The notes: generated from the sequence alone by a model not told the origin. Positions 15,004 through 23,057 are shown, counted from the first letter of the stretch. The stretch: DNA of 64,000 bases from an uncultured Candidatus Saccharibacteria bacterium (GCA_964494945.1 CAZBTX010000001.1:3088-67087), one strand, 5' to 3'. A program made the numbers and translations.

Positions 15004-17013
15004 TTAAAGCAATGATTCCGGCCCCACGTCAATGAGAACCTCCGCGGGCACCGTTTCGGCGATCAGGCGCTTGGCTGATAGCGATTCGCCGGCGCTTATT
15101 ATTTTTACCAGGATATGAAAAATAAAAACGCCCTTTTTCTTCTCTATGTAAGCAGGATAGGGGTTGGTTATTTCTACGATGCCGCGTCCCAGCTGATGTT
15201 CCAGGACCTGCAATAAGCTGTAAAGTTTTTTAACTCGGGAGAGAGCTTTTTCGCGTGATGTATCATTGACAGTTAATTTTATCAGTTCTCCGTAAGGGGG
15301 GTAATTGAATTTTTTTCTTTCTTTTAATTCTTTCTCGGCGAAATATTCAAAACTGCCGTGGAAGAGGTCCGAAAGCACTTCCGGTTCCTTGGCAAAACTT
15401 TGCAGAATGAAGATCTTAAGGGCGAGAGCGCGCACCACGGATAGAATTCTGAAAAGCCGCTCGTTTTGGGCAAAGTCGGGGAGCGATAGCGCCGTGTCAA
15501 TGCTGACCACGGCCGCCAAGTCAAAGGTCGGGAGTTCTATGCCCGAGATGGCAAATTCCGTGCCGACGGCGATGTAAGAACTAAGTTTGTTTAATTTATC
15601 GGAAATGAGCTTTATGTTATCCGCTTTTTTTGATTCTCCCAAACTTACGGGAATAATGGGCATCTCCGGAAACATTTTCTTCAGTTCTTTTACCACGCGT
15701 TCAACGCCGATGCCGTAGAATTTCAGACGGTGTGAGCCGCATTCGCGGCAGACATCGGGCGGACTCTGCTTGGCGCCGCAGTGATGACAGAGAAGGGTAG
15801 ATTCGGACATGGATTCCTGCGTATGGTATACAAGCGGCACGGCGCAGTCGGTACACTTGAAAATATAACCGCATTCTTGGCACAAAATGAAGGGGGCGAA
15901 CCCTTTGCGGTTTACGAACAAGAACGCACGGCCCGCGTCATGTACCAGAGTTCGCAGTTTATCTTTTAGGACTTGAGAAAATATCACAAACCCTTTGGCT
16001 TCCTTAATTTCTTTTTGCATGTCGGCGAATATGGAAACAGCCAACGTGCGGGGTGACGGGAGTATCACGAGGCGTTTGTTGGGTCCGCCGTCCTTGACCA
16101 GTTCGTAAGCGCTAAGCGAGGGAGGCGCTCCGGCCATTATAAGAGTGCTGCCGTGCATGGCTTGGAGTTTCTTGGCCACATCCCGAACGTGATATTTAGG
16201 GGCCTGATCCCAGGATTTATGAGCAGGAGAGCCGTCGTCATCAATTATGACGAGGCCTAGATTAATAAAAGGCAGAAATAGCGCGGCCCTGGTGCCGACA
16301 ATCGCCATGGATTCACCCGTTCTTATCCTATGCCAAGTTTCTCGCAGTCCCTTTTTAGGCAAAACACTGCTGAAATTACGTATCTTATCGGAAGTCAGTG
16401 CGCCAGATATTTCATTAAATAGAGTTTCGCTCTTTGTAATTTCGGGCGCTATGACCAAAACCTGTTCGGACCTGGCTAGAGTTTCCACTACGGCACTTTT
16501 ATATCTTTCTATTGCTCCCGGTCCGATTATGACCTCGGTTCTTGGAATATTGATAGCTGGGCTTTCTAGCCGGGCACCCCAATGATTTATATCACCGGCA
16601 GTAATGAACGAAGGTATCAGCATTTTCAAAATGACGCCAGGCGAAGTTAGGTAATATCGGGATAGCCACCACAACATTTCCACATCACGAGAGCTAAATA
16701 CTGGTTCCTCTTTTAGAACTTTTTTTATTTTTTTCAGCGTAAAAGAAGCGGAACGCAAATTTTGCTTGGCGTGCCGCACCGGGGAGGACTTTATTACAAG
16801 GCCCAAGAGTTTTTGACGACTTATCTCAATTTCAACCAACACCCCCGTGGCCAAGGACGAAGCATGGAAATATGAAAATGACTCCGGCAGCGATTTAGGC
16901 AAACGTGCCAGGGGTATGACTTCAATTAGAAACATAGCTAGGCGTATGATAGCAGAAACCAAGTCTTGCGGCAGTAGGTTATAAGGTAAAACTGACGCGA
17001 GGAGGAAAATCAT
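15004..17013 (-). CDS. priA: Primosomal protein N' (PriA helicase)
   Basis: DEAH-type helicase motifs plus a Cys4-Cys4 zinc-binding insert (CQECG...CTDC...CHHCG...CRECG). Confidence 0.85.
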   Translation of the reverse strand: MIFLLASVLPYNLLPQDLVSAIIRLAMFLIEVIPLARLPKSLPESFSYFHASSLATGVLVEIEISRQKLLGLVIKSSPVRHAKQNLRSASFTLKKIKKVLKEEPVFSSRDVEMLWWLSRYYLTSPGVILKMLIPSFITAGDINHWGARLESPAINIPRTEVIIGPGAIERYKSAVVETLARSEQVLVIAPEITKSETLFNEISGALTSDKIRNFSSVLPKKGLRETWHRIRTGESMAIVGTRAALFLPFINLGLVIIDDDGSPAHKSWDQAPKYHVRDVAKKLQAMHGSTLIMAGAPPSLSAYELVKDGGPNKRLVILPSPRTLAVSIFADMQKEIKEAKGFVIFSQVLKDKLRTLVHDAGRAFLFVNRKGFAPFILCQECGYIFKCTDCAVPLVYHTQESMSESTLLCHHCGAKQSPPDVCRECGSHRLKFYGIGVERVVKELKKMFPEMPIIPVSLGESKKADNIKLISDKLNKLSSYIAVGTEFAISGIELPTFDLAAVVSIDTALSLPDFAQNERLFRILSVVRALALKIFILQSFAKEPEVLSDLFHGSFEYFAEKELKERKKFNYPPYGELIKLTVNDTSREKALSRVKKLYSLLQVLEHQLGRGIVEITNPYPAYIEKKKGVFIFHILVKIISAGESLSAKRLIAETVPAEVLIDVGPESLL

Positions 17014-17459
17014 TGGAAAGTATTTGGGAGTACGTAATACCGTTTTCGAGAGAAGTACTCACGGGAATAGTCACTGACCGAAGTCCCGCGCATATCGGTC
17101 CCTACGCTCATGCTATTGATTTTCTCATGCCGCCTGGTTCAGTAGTCCTCGCGCCACGTGGTGGGCGAGTAATAGCGATGAAAGATGATGGCAGGTTAGG
17201 GGGCCCCAGCCGCTCGTTTGCCGAGCACGCGAACTATGTTACGCTCGCGCATGGCCAGAACGAGTTTTCCGAACTCGTGCATCTCGCACCAGCATCGATT
17301 CGGGTGTCAGTTGGCCAATGGGTCGAGGAAGGAGACCCACTCTGTCTTACTGGACTGACCGGCTGGCTTTATGAGCCCCATCTCCATTTTATGGTCTTTG
17401 TAACACTCCCCGACAGAAGTTTTCAGAGCCGCAGGGCTCGGTTCAGGGTTCCGCTATGA
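17013..17459 (+). CDS. Peptidase M23 (LytM)-domain protein. The start is uncertain: a TTG at 17013 overlaps the priA start codon, and the next in-frame ATG is at 17130.
   Basis: HAIDF...HANYVTLAH...HLHFMV resembles the HxxxD/HxH M23 signature. Confidence 0.5.
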   Translation: MESIWEYVIPFSREVLTGIVTDRSPAHIGPYAHAIDFLMPPGSVVLAPRGGRVIAMKDDGRLGGPSRSFAEHANYVTLAHGQNEFSELVHLAPASIRVSVGQWVEEGDPLCLTGLTGWLYEPHLHFMVFVTLPDRSFQSRRARFRVPL

Positions 17460-17530
17460 TATTGTGCGGGACCCTTTTGTATTTAGATTGACGCATACAT
17501 ATTTCTTTGAGAAGATAGCTTTGATGGAGT

Positions 17531-17644
17531 CCCGTTAGAAGCCGCGATCGCGGTTCGCGGGTTTAAATAGCAATGAAGCTAGAACTAATAAAACAATCTA
17601 ATTCGCAGAAAGCGACTCCGATCGCGATCTGCTTCTAACGGGAT
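17531..17644. repeat. Second copy of repeat family 2 (CCCGTTAGAAGC termini), inverted relative to 13283-13394
   Basis: GCAGAAAGCGACTCCGATCGCGATCTGCTTCTAACGGG is the reverse complement of the left arm of the first copy. ATGGAG lies directly outside both ends. Confidence 0.6.
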
Positions 17645-18842
17645 GGAGCCCGCGGGACGCACAAAAAGATTGATGATAGCGTTGGCGTTTATTGTCGTCG
17701 GCGCTTCTTTCTTTTTGGGGATCGGGGTGGGGTACATCAACCGCCCGGCGGTGGAAAAAGTGGCGGGAATTTTAAATAAAGAAACGGCCAAGCCCGCTGA
17801 AGTGGATTTCAACCAGTTCTGGGACGTCTGGCGCCGCATTGAGGAGAGATACGTGGATAAAGATAAAATTGAGAGAGGTAAACTGATCGACGGAGCGATT
17901 GCCGGTATGGTCAAGGCCGTAGGTGACCCTTATACCGTTTACCTGCCGCCGCAGGAATCCAAAGAATTTCAAGCCGAGATCAAGGGCAGTTTTGAGGGTA
18001 TCGGCGCGGAGATCGGCATCCGCAAAAATATTTTGACGATCATAGCGCCGCTTAAGAATTCACCCGCGGAAAAATCGGGTTTGAAAGCAGGTGATAAAAT
18101 TTTAAAGATTGGAGACACCATAACCGCCGACTTATCCGTGGAAGAAGCCGTGCGTCTGATACGCGGACCCAAAGGTACTAAAGTTAAACTCACTATATTT
18201 CGCGATAACGACGGCGAACCGAAAGAGATATTTGTCACGCGTGACGTTATCGTGGTTCCCAACATTAAAACGGAATTGAAACCCGGTGGCGTTTTCTACA
18301 TACAGCTTTCTCATTTTTCCGAAAATTCATCCAGCGATTTCAAAAAAGCCGTGGCGGAGTTCCAGCGTTCGGGGTCAAACAAGCTGATTTTGGACCTTAG
18401 GAACAATCCCGGCGGCTTTTTGACGGCCGCAGTTGATATCGCCAGCTGGTTTTTGCCGGCCGGAGACACGGTGGTTACGGAACATTGGAGCAACAGCAAA
18501 GACGAGGTTTATCGGAGCAAGGGATATAAAGTTCTCGAGTCAACACCGGTCGTAGTTTTAGTAAATCAAGGGTCGGCTTCGGCCTCCGAGATCGTGGCCG
18601 GTGCTCTACGCGACAAAAGAGGAGCGAAACTCGTTGGCGAAAAAACTTTCGGCAAAGGGTCCGTGCAGGAGCTCCAGGATCTGGCCAAGGGCGCTTCGCT
18701 GAAAATTACCATCGCCAAGTGGTTAACCCCCTCCGGCAAATCCATAAACGAATCGGGGCTGGAGCCGGATTTCGCGGTCGCGGCGACCACGACGCCGGAT
18801 ATTGACCCGGTGCTGGAAAAGGGTCTGGGACTCCTAAGATAA
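17643..18842 (+). CDS. Carboxy-terminal processing protease (S41 family, CtpA-like). The start is probably the ATG at 17673.
   Basis: PDZ domain and S41 catalytic region (GSASASEIVAGAL...KTFGKGSVQ). Confidence 0.85.
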   Translation: MEPAGRTKRLMIALAFIVVGASFFLGIGVGYINRPAVEKVAGILNKETAKPAEVDFNQFWDVWRRIEERYVDKDKIERGKLIDGAIAGMVKAVGDPYTVYLPPQESKEFQAEIKGSFEGIGAEIGIRKNILTIIAPLKNSPAEKSGLKAGDKILKIGDTITADLSVEEAVRLIRGPKGTKVKLTIFRDNDGEPKEIFVTRDVIVVPNIKTELKPGGVFYIQLSHFSENSSSDFKKAVAEFQRSGSNKLILDLRNNPGGFLTAAVDIASWFLPAGDTVVTEHWSNSKDEVYRSKGYKVLESTPVVVLVNQGSASASEIVAGALRDKRGAKLVGEKTFGKGSVQELQDLAKGASLKITIAKWLTPSGKSINESGLEPDFAVAATTTPDIDPVLEKGLGLLR

Positions 18843-19020
18843 TTCAAAAATCAAAATGGAAAATGACGAGTAGAACGACTAATTAACCTAATTTCTAATT
18901 ATTCTAATCAAATCCCAATGTCTAATGACGCAATGATTTAAAATAATAATTAATGAGTCGTTGGACATTCAGGCATTAGACATTGATTAGATTAATTAGA
19001 ATAATTAGATATTCATATGG
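18843..19020. repeat. AT-rich intergenic palindromic element of the CTAAT-motif family
   Basis: Left arm CTAATTAACCTAATTTCTAATTATTCTAATCAAATCCCAATGTCTAATGACG. Right arm CATTAGACATTGATTAGATTAATTAGAATAATTAGATATTC is its approximate reverse complement. Confidence 0.55.
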
Positions 19021-19021
19021 T

Positions 19022-19468
19022 ATGAAGGTAATTCTACTTCAAGACGTTTCAAAAGTTGGCCATAAAGGCGACATAAAGAACGTCTCTGACGGATACGCGC
19101 GGAATTTTCTCCTGGCGCGTAAGCTGGCCGTGGAAGCCACAAAAGAAATGCTCGCCCAAAAAACCAGCGAAGAAAAACGAAATGCCGCAAAAAGACATGA
19201 GGAGGCGAGAAAATACGAATGGCTTCGTGATCGGCTTTTAAGTATCACCATTCCTCTTTCTTTAAAATTGGGCGAGAAAGGCGAGGCCTTCGGCTCGATT
19301 GGGGCGGCAAAAATTCTGGAAGCGCTTTTAAAGCAGAAAATTGAACTGCAAAAGGAATGGCTGGTTCTGCCAAAGGCGTTAAAAACACTGGGCGAGCACC
19401 ATATACCCATTAATTTTCCGTACGGCGTGCAAGCCACCGTTAAGGTAATAATAGAGAAAGCCGCATGA
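19022..19468 (+). CDS. rplI: 50S ribosomal protein L9
   Basis: [31 protein letters not shown] is the L9 N-terminal domain. Confidence 0.9.
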   Translation: MKVILLQDVSKVGHKGDIKNVSDGYARNFLLARKLAVEATKEMLAQKTSEEKRNAAKRHEEARKYEWLRDRLLSITIPLSLKLGEKGEAFGSIGAAKILEALLKQKIELQKEWLVLPKALKTLGEHHIPINFPYGVQATVKVIIEKAA

Positions 19469-19469
19469 T

Positions 19470-19564
19470 AATAAATTCAAAAATCAAAAATCAAAAGTCA
19501 AAATGACAAATCAAAATTCAAAAATAAATTGCCGAAGGCGTACCAAAATTTTGCACTTTGACTT
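19470..19564. repeat. Long imperfect AT-rich hairpin element ending at the pyrG start codon, with a GCCGAAGGC apical hairpin
   Basis: AATCAAAATGACAAATCAAAATTCAAAAAT and TTTGACTTTTGCATTTTGC also occur in 32370-32490 directly upstream of murG. Confidence 0.5.
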
Positions 19565-19585
19565 TTGCATTTTGCATTTGTAACT

Positions 19586-21214
19586 ATGACGCGTTTTATT
19601 TTTGTGGCGGGCGGGGTGATGTCGGGCATCGGCAAGGGCGTGGCCACGGCCTCCATTGGTAAAATTCTCTCCTCGCGTGGATTTCGCGTTTCGGCCGTAA
19701 AGATCGACCCGTATTTGAACGTAGACGCCGGCACCATGAATCCCATTGAGCACGGTGAGGTTTTCGTTACCGACGACGGCGTGGAGTGCGACCAGGACAT
19801 GGGGAATTACGAGCGCTTTTTGGACATAAATCTGCCTAGGGACAATTATATGACGACGGGCTCGGTCTATCAGACGGTGATAACCAGAGAACGCAATTTG
19901 GAATACGGCGGTCGGTGCGTGGAAATCGTGCCGCATATTCCCGAGGAGGTCATCGCGCGCTTGGATAGAGCCGCTAAAAAAGCCAAGGCCGATTTTCTTT
20001 TAGTTGAGGTCGGCGGCACGGTGGGGGAATATCAGAACCTTATTTTTCTGGAAGCCGGGCGCATGATGAATCTGGAGCGGCCGGGGCAGGTGATGTTCGT
20101 TCTGGTTTCATACTTGCCCGTACCTTCCTTCATCGGCGAGATGAAAACCAAGCCCACCCAGCAGGCGGTGAGGACCCTAAACGGCATCGGCATTCAGCCG
20201 GATATGATACTGGCCCGTTCCTCGCATCCTTTGGATGAACCGAGGAAAAGAAAAATATCAATTTTCTGCAACGTGTCGCCACAGGACGTTATCTCGGCGC
20301 CGGATGTTTCTTCCATTTACGATGTGCCGCTTAATTTTGAGAAAGAAGGACTTGGGGACAGAGTATTGGTAAAATTCGGGTTAAAGCGGCGGCGGAACGG
20401 CCGTGATATGAAAGAATGGAAGCGTCTGGTGCTGCGCGCGAAGAGAGTAAAAACGCCGGTGAAAATCGGAATTGTCGGCAAATACTTCGGCACCGGCAAT
20501 TTCACGCTTTCCGATTCGTACCTTTCCGTGATAGAAGCCATTAAGCACGCTTCCTGGGCCGAAGGCCGGAAGCCGGAAATAAAGTGGTTGGACGCCGAAT
20601 CATACGAAAAATCGGCCAAAAATCTGGAAGAGCTTAAAAAGTTTGACGGCATAATCGTGCCCGGCGGATTTGGTTCTCGCGGGATTGAGGGAAAGATAAA
20701 GGTCATTGAATACTGCAGAAAAAAGAAAATCCCGTTTTTGGGATTATGTTATGGGCTTCAATTGGCGGTGATTGAGTTTGCCCGAAATGTTTGCAAGTTG
20801 AGGAGCGCTAACACGACGGAAATTGACGCGAAAACCAAGCATCCAGTGATACACACTCTGCCGGAGCAGTTGATGTACATTCAAGAAAAAAAGATGGGCG
20901 GGTCCATGCGGCTCGGCGCTTACACTTGCGAGTTGAAGCCCGGGACAAAAGCCGCAAGAGCTTATGGCGAGCATATGGTTTCCGAGCGCCACCGCCACCG
21001 CTACGAGGTTAATAATGAGTACCGCGAAATTCTAGAGAAAAAAGGGCTTGTTGTCTCCGGCCTAAATCCAGAGCGGAATTTGATTGAAATCATGGAGCTT
21101 AAAAATCATCCCTTCTTTCTAGGCACCCAAGCGCACCCTGAATTGAAATCTCGGCCGCTTCATCCGCATCCATTGTTTAGAGCGTTCGTCCGGGCCGCGA
21201 AAAACCGTAAATAA
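19586..21214 (+). CDS. pyrG: CTP synthase
   Basis: N-terminal synthetase domain (FVAGGVMSGIGKG) and C-terminal GATase with the GLCYGLQ active-site Cys. Confidence 0.95.
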   Translation: MTRFIFVAGGVMSGIGKGVATASIGKILSSRGFRVSAVKIDPYLNVDAGTMNPIEHGEVFVTDDGVECDQDMGNYERFLDINLPRDNYMTTGSVYQTVITRERNLEYGGRCVEIVPHIPEEVIARLDRAAKKAKADFLLVEVGGTVGEYQNLIFLEAGRMMNLERPGQVMFVLVSYLPVPSFIGEMKTKPTQQAVRTLNGIGIQPDMILARSSHPLDEPRKRKISIFCNVSPQDVISAPDVSSIYDVPLNFEKEGLGDRVLVKFGLKRRRNGRDMKEWKRLVLRAKRVKTPVKIGIVGKYFGTGNFTLSDSYLSVIEAIKHASWAEGRKPEIKWLDAESYEKSAKNLEELKKFDGIIVPGGFGSRGIEGKIKVIEYCRKKKIPFLGLCYGLQLAVIEFARNVCKLRSANTTEIDAKTKHPVIHTLPEQLMYIQEKKMGGSMRLGAYTCELKPGTKAARAYGEHMVSERHRHRYEVNNEYREILEKKGLVVSGLNPERNLIEIMELKNHPFFLGTQAHPELKSRPLHPHPLFRAFVRAAKNRK

Positions 21215-21224
21215 AAAAAATGAG

Positions 21225-21400
21225 GCGGGAGTCACGTCGCTTCTCTTGTCATACCATGCCGCTCTGCGGCCGGTTGCCCGTTAAGGCATGACGTGAGTGC
21301 GCGTTCCCGCCTCTGGGCTCCTAGGAGAGCCCGTTCAGATGGGTGCGAGCCATGGTAGGTACCTCCCCCGCTGGTCTGACCTCCCGATGGGGCTATTGTA
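21225..21400 (+). ncRNA. GC-rich segment with nested helices between pyrG and tRNA-Lys; candidate structured RNA or complex terminator
   Basis: Nested complementary pairs GAGGCGGGA/TCCCGCCTC, TCACGTC/GACGTGA, ATGCC/GGCAT and GGGCTC/GAGCCC, read directly. No known RNA family recognised. Confidence 0.25.
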
Positions 21401-21480
21401 CATATCTAAGGATTCTTGTCAAGGGTCGGAGAATTTAGTAGTATTATTGGGCCTACTTTTAAGCTAAAATCAAATATAAC

Positions 21481-21551
21481 CCTCCCATAGCTCAATGGCA
21501 GAGCAGTTGCCTTTTAAGCAATTGACCTAGGTTCGATTCCTAGTGGGAGGA
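21481..21551 (+). tRNA. tRNA-Lys (anticodon UUU)
   Basis: Manual cloverleaf: acceptor CCTCCCA/TGGGAGG, D-stem GCTC/GAGC, anticodon loop CTTTTAA, T-arm CTAGG-TTCGATT-CCTAG. No encoded CCA. Confidence 0.85.
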
Positions 21552-21559
21552 CAGTATAG

Positions 21560-21596
21560 GGGCCATTAGCATAGTGGCAGTGTCCCGACTTACATT
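21560..21596 (+). pseudogene. 5' half of a tRNA-Ala gene (acceptor, D-arm and part of the anticodon arm), truncated in the anticodon region
   Basis: GGGCCATTAGCATAGTGGCAGTGTCCCGACTTACAT matches 28 of 36 positions of the 5' half of the intact tRNA-Ala at 21970. Its acceptor strand GGGCCAT pairs with ATGGTCC of the 3' remnant at 22055-22095, with a G3:U70 pair. Confidence 0.55.
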
Positions 21597-21684
21597 AATA
21601 AGTTTAATCATAAGAAGTCGCGGATGCTCGATTTTCTTAAGAAAATCGAGCATCCGGTTTGTCCCGATTTATACAAATTTTTAA

Positions 21685-21930
21685 ATGTTTTATCTTTATG
21701 TTTTAAAATCAATTCAATTTGGGACCTACTATATTGGTAGTTGTAAAGATTTGCAGATTCGGCTAAGACAGCATAATAGAGGCAAGGTGAAGTCAACAAA
21801 GTTTCGAAAGCCATGGGAACTAGTACATTCAGAACGATTTATGACTTTATCTAAAGCTCGATCAAGAGAACTAGAACTCAAATCTTTAAAAAAGCGTATC
21901 GCATTGGAAAGGTTGATAAAACATTTCTAA
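21685..21930 (+). CDS. Small GIY-YIG nuclease-domain protein (COG2827/UPF0213-like, YhbQ-type)
   Basis: FYLYVLKS...GTYYIGSCKDLQIRLRQHNRG fits the GIY-(x10)-YIG motif plus the conserved R and HN/E region. It sits between tRNA-gene halves. Confidence 0.7.
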   Translation: MFYLYVLKSIQFGTYYIGSCKDLQIRLRQHNRGKVKSTKFRKPWELVHSERFMTLSKARSRELELKSLKKRIALERLIKHF

Positions 21931-21969
21931 AATTTGTGAAATAAATCGAAGATTCTCGACGGCAGAGGT

Positions 21970-22040
21970 GGGCCCTTAGCTTAGTGGCAGAGCACCCGGT
22001 TTGCATCCGGGAGATAGGAGTTCGATTCTCCTAGGGTCCA
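21970..22040 (+). tRNA. tRNA-Ala (anticodon UGC) embedded in a 13-bp extension of its acceptor stem
   Basis: Manual cloverleaf: G3:U70, anticodon loop TTTGCAT, T-arm AGGAG-TTCGATT-CTCCT. Flanking CGACGGCAGAGGT/ACCTCTGCCGTCG extends the acceptor helix. No encoded CCA. Confidence 0.8.
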
Positions 22041-22054
22041 CCTCTGCCGTCGGA

Positions 22055-22095
22055 ACATCCGGAAGGCGGGAGTTCGATTCTCCCATGGTCCACCA
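22055..22095 (+). pseudogene. 3' half of a tRNA-Ala gene (anticodon-stem 3' strand, variable loop, T-arm, acceptor 3' strand plus CCA)
   Basis: ACATCCGGAAGGCGGGAGTTCGATTCTCCCATGGTCCACCA is highly similar to the 3' half of the tRNA at 21970 and complementary to the acceptor strand of the 21560 remnant. Confidence 0.55.
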
Positions 22096-22096
22096 A

Positions 22097-22130
22097 TCTC
22101 AAAAACGCGCCCGCGGGCGCGTTTTTGAGA
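22097..22130. terminator. Bidirectional terminator TCTCAAAAACGCGCCCGC-GGGCGCGTTTTTGAGA
   Basis: 17-bp perfect palindrome with A/T runs on both sides. Confidence 0.7.
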
Positions 22131-22229
22131 TTGACCTCTGTTGCTCGTTGACGGCCGGTTTTTTGTATGCTATAGCTTGCGAAACGGTTTAAACGCCCTT
22201 TACCAATTTGGGAGAAGGAGAGGTGACCA

Positions 22230-23057
22230 GTGAAACAGAAATGGGGACGGATTCCGTTCGTTCTTCTGGCCGCGGCGGCCGTCATGCTGGCGGGGGTGCC
22301 TACTCTCGCCCGCGCTTTTGAGCCGACACGGCTTCTGCAGTGGAATCAGGAAGAGCGCCTTTCCGCGAATATCCTCGGCCGCTACTTTCTCCTGAACAAC
22401 CGGCCGGTCCAGCGGGGCACGCCGGAAAGCAGCTCCTCGGCGGCCTGGGAATACGGCCTGCGGCTGCAGTACCGCATTCTGGAAGTCCCGTCGCTCGGCA
22501 AGCTTGAGGCCTATGCCGACAGCGAGGGCTTCACGCACGAGGACGTTTTTGACAGCTGGCAGGTTCTGGTTCAGCTCGGCTGGACGCTGCGTAACTTCCG
22601 GGTTTCACTCGGGCACTTGCGCGAGCTGAATGTCGGACGCGGCAACCAGCACGGCGACGGAAGGCACGGCGCGTTCCAGCTTTGGGTGGGACCGGATGTC
22701 AAAGTCGTAGATACCGAGAAGTGGCTGGTTGACGCTTACGGACGTTATTTCATCAAGGCGAACATCCAGGCCTCCGTGAGCAACCGGCTGGACGAGGGGA
22801 ATGCGATGCTGGGAGAAGTCGGACTGCACGCGACCTATCGTCTCCTTCCTTACCTTTCCTTGAACGCATCTCCCTACGTTCTCGCGGACGACAAGGTTGA
22901 ACGCCTCGGTGTCTATCCTGCTGTCATCTTTGACGTAAGCAAGAAACTGCCGTTCGTTCCCGCGGGTATGTCGCTTGAGCTCGGGGGCAACTTCGGCTCT
23001 TCCGTTCATCGGCGCGAAGAAGTGGTTTGGTTCGGCCTTAACTGGAAACTGAAGTAG
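22230..23057 (+). CDS. Putative outer-membrane beta-barrel-type protein (MipA/OmpV- or DUF481-like). On a GC-rich island.
   Basis: Signal peptide, alternating amphipathic beta-strand pattern and a C-terminal aromatic-rich strand (VVWFGLNWKLK). RBS GGAGAAGGAGAGG. Confidence 0.35.
   Translation: MKQKWGRIPFVLLAAAAVMLAGVPTLARAFEPTRLLQWNQEERLSANILGRYFLLNNRPVQRGTPESSSSAAWEYGLRLQYRILEVPSLGKLEAYADSEGFTHEDVFDSWQVLVQLGWTLRNFRVSLGHLRELNVGRGNQHGDGRHGAFQLWVGPDVKVVDTEKWLVDAYGRYFIKANIQASVSNRLDEGNAMLGEVGLHATYRLLPYLSLNASPYVLADDKVERLGVYPAVIFDVSKKLPFVPAGMSLELGGNFGSSVHRREEVVWFGLNWKLK

Noticed and set aside
21596-22055. Group I intron with an intron-encoded GIY-YIG homing endonuclease inside a tRNA anticodon loop
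   Set aside because: The interior is too AT-rich and simple. I saw no P3/P4/P7-like conserved core. Splicing the two halves does not regenerate a clean anticodon stem. The insert carries a whole tRNA. This is kept only as an alternative in the finding.
21560-22095. tmRNA (ssrA) spanning the tRNA-Ala halves. Prompted by the G3:U70 tRNA-Ala-like ends and the roughly 500-nt span.
   Set aside because: The 5' part has a normal tRNA D-arm, which tmRNA lacks. The interior contains a complete independent tRNA-Ala and a GIY-YIG ORF. No tag-peptide reading frame ending in ALAA-stop was found.
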